Below, piece by piece: positions 27,989 to 41,624 of a DNA stretch of 64,000 bases. How positions within the stretch are numbered: the stretch's first letter is position 1; each line of letters opens with the position of its first letter. The notes beneath the pieces are model-generated. The model did not search any database, was not told the DNA's origin, and saw only the letters and a program-made list of their open reading frames with translations. The stretch comes from Octopus vulgaris. Taxonomy: Eukaryota. A program made the translations under genes and the position numbers. The stretch lies in NCBI GenBank assembly GCA_951406725.2, contig OX597828.1:25916001-25980000 (forward strand), written 5' to 3'.

Positions 27989-28096
27989 AAAAAACAAAAG
28001 ACGAATACAAGTGGTGTAGACAACAAACAGATGTATTAGTATAACGCTCAGGAAGTGAAGAAGTCTTTAACGTTTCGAGCCTACGCTCTTCCACAA
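27978..28096 (-). mobile_element. Solo Penelope-like pLTR fragment with minimal hammerhead variant
   Basis: Minus strand reads UUGUGGA-A-GAGC-GUAG-GCUC-GAAA-CGUU-AAAGAC. Homologous to 56785-56895. Confidence 0.78.
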
Positions 28097-28121
28097 TGTT
28101 TTAATCTTTTATATATAATCT

Positions 28122-28345
28122 GTGTGTGTGTCTTTGTCTCTGTGTTTGTGCACTACCACCACTTGACAACCGATATTCATGTACTTACGTCCCCGTAACT
28201 TTGTGGTTCGGTGAAAGAAACTGGTTGAATAAGTACCATGCTTTAAAAAAGCATAGGGGTCAATTCATTCGACTAAAAAATTTCCAAGGTGATGCCCCAG
28301 CATGGCCACTGTCTGTTGACTGAAATAAGTCAAATATGTAAAAGA
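28122..28345 (+). mobile_element. SINE family B, 3' half
   Basis: cttgacaaccga...acgtccccgtaac...gccccagcatggcc...gactgaaa. Confidence 0.7.
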
Positions 28346-28426
28346 TAGGGAATAATATATATACATATATATGCACACGCATACACATACGCATACACAC
28401 TCATACACACATGCATTCACAGAAAT

Positions 28427-28547
<121 letters not shown>

Positions 28548-28968
28548 CGCACAAACATGTATACATACATACAGAGAGAGGGATAGAAAGAGAGAAGGTG
28601 ATGAGATAGACCTGAAGCAGAACCGGAGGAGGAAGGATATATCATTGGAGTCGTGAATGACGACCAAGGGTCTTTGAGAAACTTAGCTGATTGATGATTG
28701 ACCGAACGATTAATCAAACAATCGATGAGTTAATTGGTTGAAAAGTCAACCGATTGACAAATGAAAATAAAACAAAGAAGAGAAAACCAGTGCGTGAGCT
28801 TACTAATGGCATAGTGACCCACCCGTAATACAGCAAAATATATTTAAAAACGAGTTCACATTTAGAAACCTGCAAACCAAACGGGAAAACAAATGTGAGC
28901 GCGAGTGTGTGTGTGTGTGTGTGTATTTGTACAGAAAAGAGAGAGAGAGACGGAGAAAGAGAGAAGAA

Positions 28969-28999
<31 letters not shown>

Positions 29000-29016
29000 A
29001 ACCGACAGACAGACAA

Positions 29017-29074
<58 letters not shown>

Positions 29075-29076
<2 letters not shown>

Positions 29077-29339
29077 CTTTCTGTATTGGCCACACAGGGC
29101 TGGACACAGAGGGGACTATTACAAATGTAAAGCTCTTCTTTTCGGAGGTGGAAAAGAAAAAAGAAGAAAAAAAGGAAACAAAATGTAAAATTTCGATCAA
29201 AAGGGATCGGAAGAAAAAAACTGCGATCAAAAGGGATCGTGTATCACAGAAAGAAAAAAATTGTTTTTTTTCAAAGTAACAAACAAGATTAGGTTCATCA
29301 GTGGAAAGAAAAGCCTACAGAAAAGACCACGGTAACCTC
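29075..29339 (-). mobile_element. Probable LINE 3' end inserted in (GATA)n
   Basis: Complex insert between two (GATA)n tracts. Its minus-strand 3' end (gtcccctctgtgtccagccctgtgtggccaatacagaaa) resembles the family-A SINE tail. Confidence 0.5.
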
Positions 29340-29460
<121 letters not shown>

Positions 29461-30254
29461 GATAGATAGATGAACAGACATACCCATATATGGAGGGAAA
29501 GAGGAGAGAGCGAGAGTGGGAAGGGAGACCCAACATAGAGACGGAAAAGAGTGGTAGACTGAAAAGCAGACATGTTTTCCAAATACGTGCATACGTAACA
29601 TCCAACATAGGTATTCCAGAATAACCTTGACTTTTTGTTGGTTTTTTTTTTTTTTTTCATAAATAAAAAACTAAAATCTAGAAAGACACTGAGACCTATT
29701 ATTTATTTATCCGAAATACAAATAAAGATTGGCAAATAAAAGTACTGGAAATAGTGACGGATGAGTGAGTGAGTGATTGATCGACTGTCACTCAGAGTGG
29801 ACTGTGTATTCAAGTGGCCAACTTTGTTGATTGTTTGTTTAAAACTGTGCATGAGTTTGCTTGTACAGGGGCGCAGAATCTCGCTTCCTGACAGAATTGG
29901 AACTTTATCTAAAACATGCTGTTGCCAAAGTTATCTCTTTGACGGTGATGTCGATGTCTTTAATGGCAAGACTCCTCCTCCTTTTTTTCTCTGTCTTTTC
30001 TCTTCTACTTCTCTTCCTCTCTTTCCTCCTCTCCATCCTCTTCCACTTCCTTCTTTTTAACTCCTTCTGCCTCCTCTTCCTCGTTTTTTCTCTCGCTTCT
30101 TTTTCTTCTACGTCACAAACACGCACACACACATATATATATTCCTACACTTACTTGAAGAACTTCAATGTGGCTACTAACTTTCACCGAAGTCACCACA
30201 TCGAACAGGAGTGGGTGGGGTGGGCGTGAAATGAAATGGGGTATGCATATATCT

Positions 30255-30510
30255 TAACTTTCACTTGTTTCAGTCTTTAGACTGCGGCCATGCTGGGGCA
30301 CAGCCTTGAAGAATTTTTAGTCGAATGTATTGACCACAGTAATTATTTTTTAAAAGCCTGCTACTTATTCTATCGGTCTCTTTTTTTTCTCAAACCGCTA
30401 AGATACGGGAACGTAAGCACACCAGCACCGGTTATCAAGCGGTAGCAAGGTTACAAATACAGACACAAAGTCACACACACGTGGTTAACAAGCTTCTTAC
30501 TATCCAGCCA
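30255..30510 (-). mobile_element. SINE family B
   Basis: ttgtttcagtc...gactgcggccatgctggggca...ttattctatcggtctc...tcaagcggt. Confidence 0.7.
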
Positions 30511-30617
30511 GGTCTGCGCGTCTACATTATGTATGTATGTATGTATGTATGTATGTATGTATGTATGTATGTATGTATGTATGTATGTATGTATGTATGT
30601 ATGTATGTATGTATATA

Positions 30618-30700
<83 letters not shown>

Positions 30701-30707
<7 letters not shown>

Positions 30708-31352
30708 CAAAAAGGTAATAATATAGATTACTACCAGTGGCCCAGCACAAAGGACGAATTAGTCATTAGACAAAATATTATTCATATAGAAAAATATTAT
30801 TCATGTACGTAGAAATATAATTAAGGGCTCCTAAATAAGGATGCCAAGTGCTAGGGACACAAAAAAGGGATAAATTTTTCGAGAGTGGAAATCAAAAACA
30901 TTTACCAATAACGATACATCCCGGACTGATATCAGTTTCTACCTCTTTCTAGCAAAACAGACAGAATATGTTTGCTAAGGCTGGTTTCATCAGCGAGACG
31001 CCTGAGTTAAATTGAGATGCGCAGCGTGTTACACCATGTGTTGATCTAAACAACTTGCAGATCTTAACTTTTCAAATCTCTGCGCAGACGCAAAATCTAC
31101 CCGGCGATATAGGGCATGCCGGGAAAAAATTTTACGAATAAATCTATCAAGTAATATGTGAATATAATCAAAAGGGTAATAATATAGATCACTACCAGTG
31201 GCCCAGCACAAAGGACGAATTAGTCATTAGACAAAATATTATTCATATAGAAAAATATCATTCATGTAGAAATATGATTAAGGGCTCCTAAATAAGGATA
31301 CCAAGTGCTAGGGACACAAAAAAGGGATAAATTTATCGAGAGTGAAAATCAA
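30701..31352 (-). mobile_element. Non-coding hammerhead-bearing element, 1.4 copies of a 461-bp unit (retrozyme- or pLTR-like), in (TA)n
   Basis: 30701-30895 is repeated at 31162-31352. A hammerhead lies at 30917-31000. (TA)n on both sides. Confidence 0.75.
30917..31000 (-). ncRNA. Type I hammerhead ribozyme
   Basis: CGUCUCG-CUGAUGA-A-ACC-[UAGCAAA...UUUGCUA hairpin]-GGU-A-GAAA-CUGAUAUCAG-UC/CGGGAUG: 7-bp stem I (two G-U pairs), palindromic stem III ACUGAUAUCAGU, GUC triplet. Confidence 0.82.
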
Positions 31353-31365
31353 TATATATATATAT

Positions 31366-31465
<100 letters not shown>

Positions 31466-31491
31466 ATATATATATATATATATACATATAT

Positions 31492-32580
31492 ATCTGGTCA
31501 TCCCATAAGTTCAGTCTGATTTTACCTTTTTTTTAAATTCAATGAAATCTAATAGTATTTTAGAATGTCTAATGGAATTAAAAATTATTTTTATGAATTT
31601 GAGTACATTTAAGCTAATAAAATATTATTTTACAGAATAATAGAATTTAAAATTTCTTTGATTAGAACCCATTCTAACATGGTAATATCCAAAGAGCATT
31701 TAAAGCACATAATGCTTTATGAGTACAAAAAAGGAAACTCTGCAGCCGAAGTGACTCGAAACATACACTCAGTTTATGGGAAAAAATGCTTGAATGGAAA
31801 AAAACTTGCAGAAGATGGTTTGCAAAATTCAGAAGAGGAGATTTCAGCCTTGAAGATGAAAATCGAACAGGGCATTACTTGAAGAAAATCCTGCATTATT
31901 AGTTGAAGAATTGGCTACAAAGCTTAGTTCAAACCATACAACTGTTCATCGTCATCTTCAACAACTTGGAAATGTTCGTAAACTTGGAAAATGGGTGCCT
32001 CATGAATTGTCCGAAAGTAACCGCAAATCCCGAGTTGACATCTATTCTTCTCTCCATTCTCGCGAACACATTTCACCCATTTTGGATAGACTTGTAACTG
32101 GTGACGAAAAATGGATCTTCTATCGAAATGTTAAACGTCGTAAACAGTGACTTAGTAAAAGGGAAAAAGCTCAACTACAACCGAGAAGGGAACTTCATGG
32201 GAAAAAGGTTCTTCACTCTATCTGGTGGTATTGCAAAGGAGTAATTCACTTTGAATTGTTACCACCTAATGCAATAATCAATGCTCAAGCCTACTCTCAG
32301 CAATTAGAGCATTTGAACCAAGCTTTGAAGAAAAAAAGACCCGCTTTAGTGAATCGAAAAGGAGTGATGTTTCATCAGGACAATGCACGACCCCACACAG
32401 CAAAGATCACATTACAGAAGATCGAAGAGATTGGCTGGCGAAAAAAATACTCATCCACCTTATTCTCCCGACCTTGTTCCTTCAGACTACCATTTGTTTC
32501 GTAGTTTACAGAATCATTTAGGGGTCATAACTTTCGCAAGCCAGGAGGAGGTCAAAATTGACATTTCAGAGTTCTTCGCG
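31492..32580 (+). mobile_element. Mariner (DD34D) transposon, frameshifted and 3'-truncated
   Basis: HIMLYEYKKGNSAAE, WVPHEL, TGDEKW, HQDNARPH and YSPDLVPSDY motifs. Confidence 0.93.
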
Positions 32581-33255
32581 CACGCACACACATACACACA
32601 GAATCAGACAAGCATGCACACATATCATGCAACTAGACACAGGCATACACATAGTTACAAATACATATACATACAGCTACCACACACAAGGAAAAAGGCG
32701 AGTCAAAAAGGAAATTTCTACGTCAGAAAGAAAAGTGGGGGTAGCACCCTTGGATCATTATCAGGAGGGCTGCACATCTTAAAATATTCAAAGTAGTTTT
32801 TCGCTGAGGCACCTAAAAAGACCCGTGAACCGCACTTTATCCATGACTGCTCTATGTTGTCGCTTGTTCTTCTGGAAATAGCAGCCAGTCTCCCTCCATT
32901 CGTACACTATGATCTTGGATAAGGAAAAGAAACTTTGGAAAATATTAGTCATGAACTCCGAAAAATGACGGGATGACCATTGCCGGATTACCCGGATTAT
33001 CTTTAATCCTTTAATCCTGCTCAAAGATCACATTGTGTTGAAAGACACACGCATACTCAAATACGTCTTTCTCCCACTCTCATATACATACACACAGACA
33101 CACACACACAGACACTTGCACACACACACACACAAACTCAACGCACGCACACACATGCGCACACACATGCGCACACACAAACACACACATACATGCTCGC
33201 CCATTCACAGACATAATTGTAAAGCAAGGCGCTAATGAAACAGTACATTAATATC

Positions 33256-33303
<48 letters not shown>

Positions 33304-33877
33304 GAGGAGGAGGAGGAGGAGGAGGAGGAGGAGAAGAGGAATGACGTGTGAAGTGGTAGTAGTGATGATGATGGTGGTGATGAATCGGGAAGAGAGGGAG
33401 AGAGAGATGTGGGTGGGGAGGGGTTCCAGCGGCTGGTTTGCTAATTGAAAAGGATAAAAGCCAATAGGTGCAGAGAAAAAAAGGGGTTCTTTATGTTGTT
33501 TTATGTTGTGTTGTTGTTGTTGTTGTTGTTGTTTCTAATTGTTTACGGTTTTTGTTGTTGTTGTTGTTATTCTTTGCACCCTGTCCTTTGTTGTTGTTGC
33601 TTTTGTTTATATTTATGTTTCCCCCCCCTTTTTTTTTCTTTTTGCCCTTTCTTTGGGTTTGGTCCCTTGTTCCGAACGAAAGAAGAAACAAACAAATGAA
33701 AAACAAAGAAAGATAAAAGGAAAGACGTGTGTGTGTGTGCACGCGTGTATGTATGTGTGTGTGTGTGTGCATGTGGGTGCGTATGTGTGAGAGTGTGTGT
33801 GTGTGTGCGTGAATATATGTGTGTGTGTGCGTGTGTGTTTGTGTGTGTGTGTGAGTGTGCGAATGTGTCTATGTGTG

Positions 33878-33919
<42 letters not shown>

Positions 33920-34889
33920 AATATGTGTGTGTGTGTGTGCGTGAATGTGTGTGTGCGTGTGTGTTTCTGTATGTGTGAGTGTGCGAATGTGTCTATGTGT
34001 GCATGTGTGTGTGTTAGTCTGTTCGTTTCTCAGTATGTGGTTGTGTGGTTGTAAATGTGTATGCCTTTGTAAGTATTTGTGTGTGCGATGATGTATGTGG
34101 GTGGTTGTGTGCGTGTACGTATATACGTTTATATGTGCGTGTGTGATTGTGTGTGTGTGTGTGATGAAGTGTGTGCTGTTGTGTGCATGTGCGTATACAC
34201 GTGGATATAAGTATATGTATGTATGTATGTGTGCGTGATTGTGTTTGTGTGTGTGTGTTGGTGTTTGTGTGTGCTTGTGTGCTTGTGCGCATGTACGTGC
34301 GTTTTTGTGTGTCTGATGGCGTATGTGTATGGTCGTGTGCGTACATATGTTGATGCGTGCGATTGTGAGTGGATGTCCTCGTGCGCGTGTTTGTTGTGTG
34401 TGTGTGTGTGTGTGTAGGGGAGGAGTTAAGAGAAAACTGAAAAACCCATTGACATCGCAAGGTGTGTGTAATGTAGTAAAGGTAAGTCGCAGGTGCTGTG
34501 GGAGTGGGGAGTAGCATGAGTAAGGGGAGGAGGAGAGGAAGACTTCTCTGGATGTTGATTGCCCCAAGCATCCAGTGGGATGGCGGGGTGGGGATTTTTT
34601 ATTTAGATGGTCACTTAGATAGTTGTGTTGGTTGGTTGATTGCTTGCTTGCTTGCTTGCTCGCTTGCTTCGTTAGTGGATCGATCGGTCGTTCAGTCGAG
34701 TACTCTGTAAACTCGTGGGTTAAAAGGGACATCAAGGCAGCGGACTGTTTGGCGACAATGATGTTCATGTTGTTGTTGTTCATGTTCTTGACACTGCGAC
34801 TCATACTGATGATAATGGTGATGATAATGATAATGATGGTGATGATGATGATGACGACAACGACGACGATATTCATCCTCCTCCTTCTC

Positions 34890-34920
<31 letters not shown>

Positions 34921-36079
34921 CCATCATCATCCTCATCATCACCATCATCATCCTCATAATCATCGTAATCGTTATCATCATCATCATTTGCTTATTGACC
35001 AGAAGGGCCAAGTCAACACACCATCGCCACCATCACAACCACCTTCACAATCGCCATCACCGTGACCATCATCATCATCTACCTCAATATTACCACCACA
35101 ATCACCGCCACTACAGCCACCACTATTACCAACGTCAGCATCACCACAGTCTCTCCCCTTCCCCCATCATCGCCACAATCACCATCGTTACAAACATTCG
35201 AAACAATAAGCACAGCTTACTTAGGCTGTCTTCGACAAGATTATCAATTTCATCATTCTGAAATGTCGCCAAGACAAATCTACTGGGGAATATACTTCTT
35301 GTCCGCTTGATCCTTCTCAAAATAAACCCCTCTATCGAAAACAAGACACGCCACATTAGATAGTACAGTCTTAGTCCTAAAAGACGGGATGGTTCTGGCT
35401 AAAATAGCATTGATCATAGGATTGTTTGATTAGAATTTACCTCGGTCTAAACAAAACAGCCCCAATGCGTTATCAGCCAAATATGTAAATCTCCATGCGG
35501 GCGCTCAATATACTAGACATAGTTGCCAAATTCCCTCAAATATATCCTTATCGTCTAAAAAAAAGAGAGAATTATAAAACTGGACAATGCTGTTCATGGT
35601 ATGGAGTGTCTTTTATTACAGGACTAATCAGAGCTGACTTGAGTATATGTAACAATAACTGCAGTTAACGATTTAAATGAAGGATTCGTGACAAACTTAG
35701 ACAGGCCTAACCGCATGTAAGATCAAAGCCAGTGTTGCATAGCATCTACACTCATTGAGGAACAGTAACAGAAGTTCAGACAATAGGCTCTTCAACGGCG
35801 TATGGTTTCTCAAAGAATCAAATACCACATGCCATATCATTTGGAGTATCTTAGATAGGACAAGATCGTTTAACACATCCAGATTCTCTTAATCAAATAA
35901 TTTCAAATCAAGAAAAACAGTCCAATCACCTTTAGAATTTATAACATTATCACCCTCAAATCATATAAATAAAAACACAAGTATTCTAGTTTCTATGAAT
36001 ACATATATCTGTGCAACTGTTGTCCAAGTACTACCCAAATTCACTGCAGTACTTATCCTAAGATAATATTTCTTATGGA

Positions 36080-36207
36080 ACCGCCGAGGTCGACTTTGCC
36101 TTTCATCCTTTCGAGGGTCAATAAATTAAGTACCAGTTGCGTAGTGGGGTCGATCTAATCAACTGGTCCCTCCTCCAAAATTTTGGGCCTTGTTCCTAGA
36201 GTAGAAA
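36080..36207 (+). mobile_element. SINE family A, 3' fragment
   Basis: ccgccgaggtcgactttgcctttcatcc core. The flanking sequence aatatttcttatggaa occurs on both sides (target-site duplication). Confidence 0.85.
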
Positions 36208-36251
36208 AGAAAAGAATATTTCTTATGGAAGTACTGTGTAAAAAAAAACAG

Positions 36252-36305
<54 letters not shown>

Positions 36306-36335
36306 CTATTATTTTTACAAGCATACGCACATAAT

Positions 36336-37224
36336 CAGGGAGTTTGGGCTACATTTGACGAATTTTGTCTCCTTTCTTCAGGACCAGCTTGATGGATTTG
36401 TGGACCATCAACGACGTTGGAGAACATAAAGATTAAAATTGTACTTGAGAAAAAATTAGCTGACATGGAGGTCTGGAAGTCAACTGTATATTGGAAAAGA
36501 GTTACGTGCAGCAAGACCATTAACGCCGGGTTTCAAAATGGCGGCATCGTGACTGCTGCTCAATGCTCCATGAACACTATGAAAGTCATAAGACGTGACA
36601 TGGAGAGTTGCAACAGAGATTACGAAGTCGCAGGAAGGGACATAGCAGGCGTTCTGACCGCATCCGCTCGCCGAAATTCATCCAACTGTAGGATGACGGA
36701 TTTAAGCTCAATTCAGATGGCTAAGATGAAGTTGCTGCTGACTATGGTCAATTCCTGGCTGGAGAGAGTTACTGCAAGAAGGCCAAATGTGTGGCAACAG
36801 AATTAGGCTCTTTGCCATACTTTCGGAGTCAAAAGTGGTCGTCGAAGAATTTCTATGACCTAACCAACCCCAATCTCTGGGGTTGTAATTCAGTGTATTA
36901 CTGTAGGGTGCGAATGACAATGACATCAACTGCTCTGTCTGTAATATTAAGGCCGAGCTGGGGCCCATGATCAAGGAGGTGTTCAAAAATCTCAGGGACA
37001 CAGTGAGTAATAAATGTGTCAGATTTTGGAACCGTCTTGAGTCCGTGGTTGGAACCGTCTTGAAGCCGTTCTGGAAGCTGAGGTCGGCTACTTTGAGTAA
37101 ACGTTTATCTTCCAGCCAAAAATCGAGTTGATTTTTTTAAAAAAATACTTTTTATTTTTAGATGGGATTTTGTGCTTTGTTATTTCTTTTTATGTAAACT
37201 GTCAAATTTTTCCCGAACACCCTG
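36336..37224 (+). mobile_element. Tc1/mariner-superfamily (maT/DD37D-like) non-autonomous remnant with TIRs
   Basis: TIRs cagggagtttgggctacatttgac and gtcaaatttttcccgaacaccctg-TA. WLERV...RPNVWQQN remnant resembles WQQDSAP. Confidence 0.7.
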
Positions 37225-38368
37225 TACATATCTAATATAAATTCATACATAGATACACTTATTCACACACATCTACATATACATCTACATATACATATAT
37301 GATAGAACAAAAACATTATTAGATTTATTTGCAGACTAGACCTACTCGTGAATCACTGCGCTCTATACTTGTCATTTTATTTCATTGCCCGTTTGTTGAG
37401 CTGTCTCATATATTCGCTAACAAGACAATATATTTTAAATGTTAAACGGCCTATTATACCTACGAACGTATATATTATATTTGTGCATTCATATATGTTT
37501 CTGTGTATATGTTTCTAGCTTTATGCAAATCAAGGACTGGATTAAAGCCAACAAATGATCTAAGTGCAGCTTAACAATGGTTCCCCCATTTAACCCTTCC
37601 ATTGTCTAAACGGCAAGACATTAACACATTCTATGACATCAAGATATTATAATATGATATAATAGATTTAAAATTCAGTCTCTTTCTCCAAGTTACCGGC
37701 AAGGTCAGACACTATAAATATATTGAATACAAGCGGTTTAGAAACTTCTATTTATTTAACACCAAATAGTTGTAAGCAATGTAATTCAATTATTTACTAA
37801 TAACTAGGGTAAAATGCAAATTGCCAACTTCGTTTAAAATTCATTTTTTTAATAAAATAAAACTGTTATAATTTACTATTTGTGCAAGAGGTAGAAAACC
37901 AATGTATGAACGCGTAACTACATACGTACATACATAGATACACATAAAAATACGTAGATACATAGATATACACTCACATACATACATACATACATACATA
38001 CATACATACATACATACATACATACATACATACGTACGTACGTACGTAAGTTCATACATACATACACCATTTAAGTATATATGAGCATGTCTAGACATGC
38101 AACTATATGCATAAGAATACATACATAAAACAATACCCTGTTAGTGTTGTTGAAATTCCAACGAAGGAGCCTTGGATCTAGGTTAGAAACTCACTATTGG
38201 CAAGAAAATTTGAAATAAAACTGAACAGCGACGTACATACATACATACATACACGCATACATACATACATACATACATACATACATACATACATACATAC
38301 ATACACACATACATACATAATACATGCAAACATACATACACATATGCATACATACATACATACATACA

Positions 38369-38412
<44 letters not shown>

Positions 38413-38417
38413 CATAG

Positions 38418-38690
38418 TACAAGTTCAATTTATACCTGTAATTATTGGAGCCTTGGGGTATGTAGCACACTGCCTAAATACCAATCTTGAGAAATTAGGC
38501 TTCTGAAAACCAGAAAGGAGAAAGCTAATTCGAAGACTACAGATCCAATCTATCACTGGAGCTGTAAAAGTCTGTAAAACTTTCCAGAAGTTTATCATTT
38601 AAATATATATGAGTATGTCTAGATATGCAACTATATGCATAAGAATATATACAGAAAACATACAAATCTGCACATACGTATATACATACA
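38418..38690 (+). mobile_element. RLE non-LTR 3' fragment of a different family, embedded in (TACA)n
   Basis: FIPVIIGALGYVAHCLNTNLEKLGF*KPERRKLIRRLQIQSITGAVKVCKTFQKFII*. The 3' UTR is repeated at 38069-38130. Confidence 0.7.
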
Positions 38691-39289
38691 TACATACATA
38701 CATACATACATACATACATACATACATACATACATACATACATACGTACGTACGTACATACATACAAAGTGAAAATGGCGAGGGTGGGTGGATAGAGACG
38801 GATACATCGAATAACCAAGATGTCTTACTTGGCTCCCGTTGCTTTCTGCGTCCCACAATGTATTGCTGAAGCCGCCGCCTTCTTTTCTGTTGGACAATGG
38901 TGATGTCTTCGGCGGAGTCTGTTAGTTTCAGTGTTCGTATCCATAAGTAGGCAATCTCGATGCTAATTAACACTGGGACCCTGACAGCTGCTATTAATCC
39001 GGATTAGAGTGGACTTGGAAACAACAGCGACTAAGATATTCCTCAAAACTGGGACCGCCCCAGGTCCCGACTCCCGGATGCAGTTTAAAATCATACCCAT
39101 ACATACATGCGTGCGCGTGTGTGTGTGCACGCGCGCGCACCCTCCCCCACAAGCGAGAATGACCTAATGGCCTCCATCAGGCTCTCTTTGGTCATTTTAA
39201 ATGACTATGTAGTCTCGAGCAGACACAGTCATCCTCCCATCCATGACAATATAAATGAATCAAATTATGTAAGCTAGGGCTTCTATCGT

Positions 39290-39780
<491 letters not shown>

Positions 39781-39937
39781 AACAACAACAGTAAAAGCAG
39801 CAGCAACAAATATACATGTTTATGAATATATATACATACATATATATGTATATAAATGTGCGTCTCTCTACCTCTACCTCTTTCTCACTCTCTCTTCCTC
39901 TCTCCCTCTCTCTCTTCCTCTCCCTTCCTCTGCCCAT

Positions 39938-40010
<73 letters not shown>

Positions 40011-40021
40011 TATATACATAA

Positions 40022-40084
<63 letters not shown>

Positions 40085-40089
40085 CATAC

Positions 40090-40145
<56 letters not shown>

Positions 40146-40526
40146 ATGTATGTACAACAGATATTTATATGTATGAATATATATTTGAATTTATATAAAT
40201 CGAAAAATAGATGAAATAACAACATAACGAGTCCCTGTTGTGAGGCAGACAATGTAAATATGCTGCTTAACCACTTTTCACTTTGGTGTCTGTTTTCGCA
40301 GAATTGTCTCCAATATCAAATTAATGTTAATTATTATAAAAATATATCAAATCTAACGGCAATAATTGTTTTTGTCAACTATGAATATTATATTCTATAT
40401 ATTTCAGCCTGAGAGCATTGGCTTTCTGTTTGCCCATCAAAATAAGTTCAATATATGCAGCAGAAGCCTGAGCTTCTTATTACATACATACATACATATG
40501 CATACATGCATGCAACATACATGCAA

Positions 40527-40607
<81 letters not shown>

Positions 40608-41118
40608 GTGTGCGAACGCCGTCACACGCAACCGAATGTTACCTTATGGTTTCTACACTTTCACCGATTGTTTTAAATGCCTGTATAGTTGTGTGCAGGT
40701 ATAGAAACGGTTCCACTGAAAACTGAGCTTGTTAGATGGAGACAGAGAGAGAGAGAGGGAGAGTGTGTGTGGTGTGTGTGTGTGTGTGAGAGAGAGAGAA
40801 GAAGAAGAAGAAGAAGAAGAAGAAGAAGAAGAAGAAGAAGAAGAAGAAGAAGGAGAAGGAGGAGAGAGGGTAGGAGGAGAGAAAGAGAGAGTTGCACTAC
40901 TAGTTGACTTGTTCTCATGTCGTCAGAATCAACATAAATGAAGTGTCTTGCTTAAGGACACAATGCGCCCCCCCCCATTTTCAAGATTCGAACTAAGGAC
41001 CTTATGCTCTTGAGATCAATACTTACCCTAACCACTAGGCCACATATCTTCACACGCACGCGCGCACACACTCACACAAACACACACGTACACAAATATG
41101 CAGTTATACACGCACAAA

Positions 41119-41624
41119 CCGGGTGTTCGGGCTAATTTTGACGCAGTTTTATGTCTGTGTTCTTCAGGAACAGCATGATGCATTCGTGAAAAGTAAATGG
41201 CGTTGGCGACCATAAAGATTAAAGTTGTAGTTGAGAAAAAGCTAACTGACTTGGTGGGCTGGAAGCCATCTGAATGTTGTAAAAGGGTTACCTGTATCAT
41301 GAGGATTTGCGCCGTGTATCAAATTGCCGACATGATTACTTCTGCTCAATGCTCTGTGAACACTGCAACAATTGTAAGACGAGGCATGGACATAACATGA
41401 AAAACCTTGTTCCGCCAAACTGTGATGGCCCTTGAGTGTGCCTCCAGTGAAGGTAATGTCATGTTGCTCCACGTCTTTGAACAAGGCCTTTGGCTCAATT
41501 CAGGCGGCGAGGTGAAGCTGTAGAAACTGTAGTCAAATCCTAGCTGGAGAGAATTGCAACTGGAAGGTCGTATGTGTGGGACAGCAAGATCCAACTCCTT
41601 GCTATCACTCCCAAAAAGAGTCAG
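41119..41624 (+). mobile_element. Second copy of the 36336-37224 DNA transposon, truncated by Gypsy sequence
   Basis: gggtgttcgggctaattttgacg TIR. cataaagattaaa...gagaaaaa.tagctgac and ctggagaga...gtgtgg.acag blocks are shared. Confidence 0.7.

Noticed and set aside
32690-33030. Possible L1/Tx1 C-terminal remnant on the minus strand
   Set aside because: The resemblance is too weak to support without a profile search.
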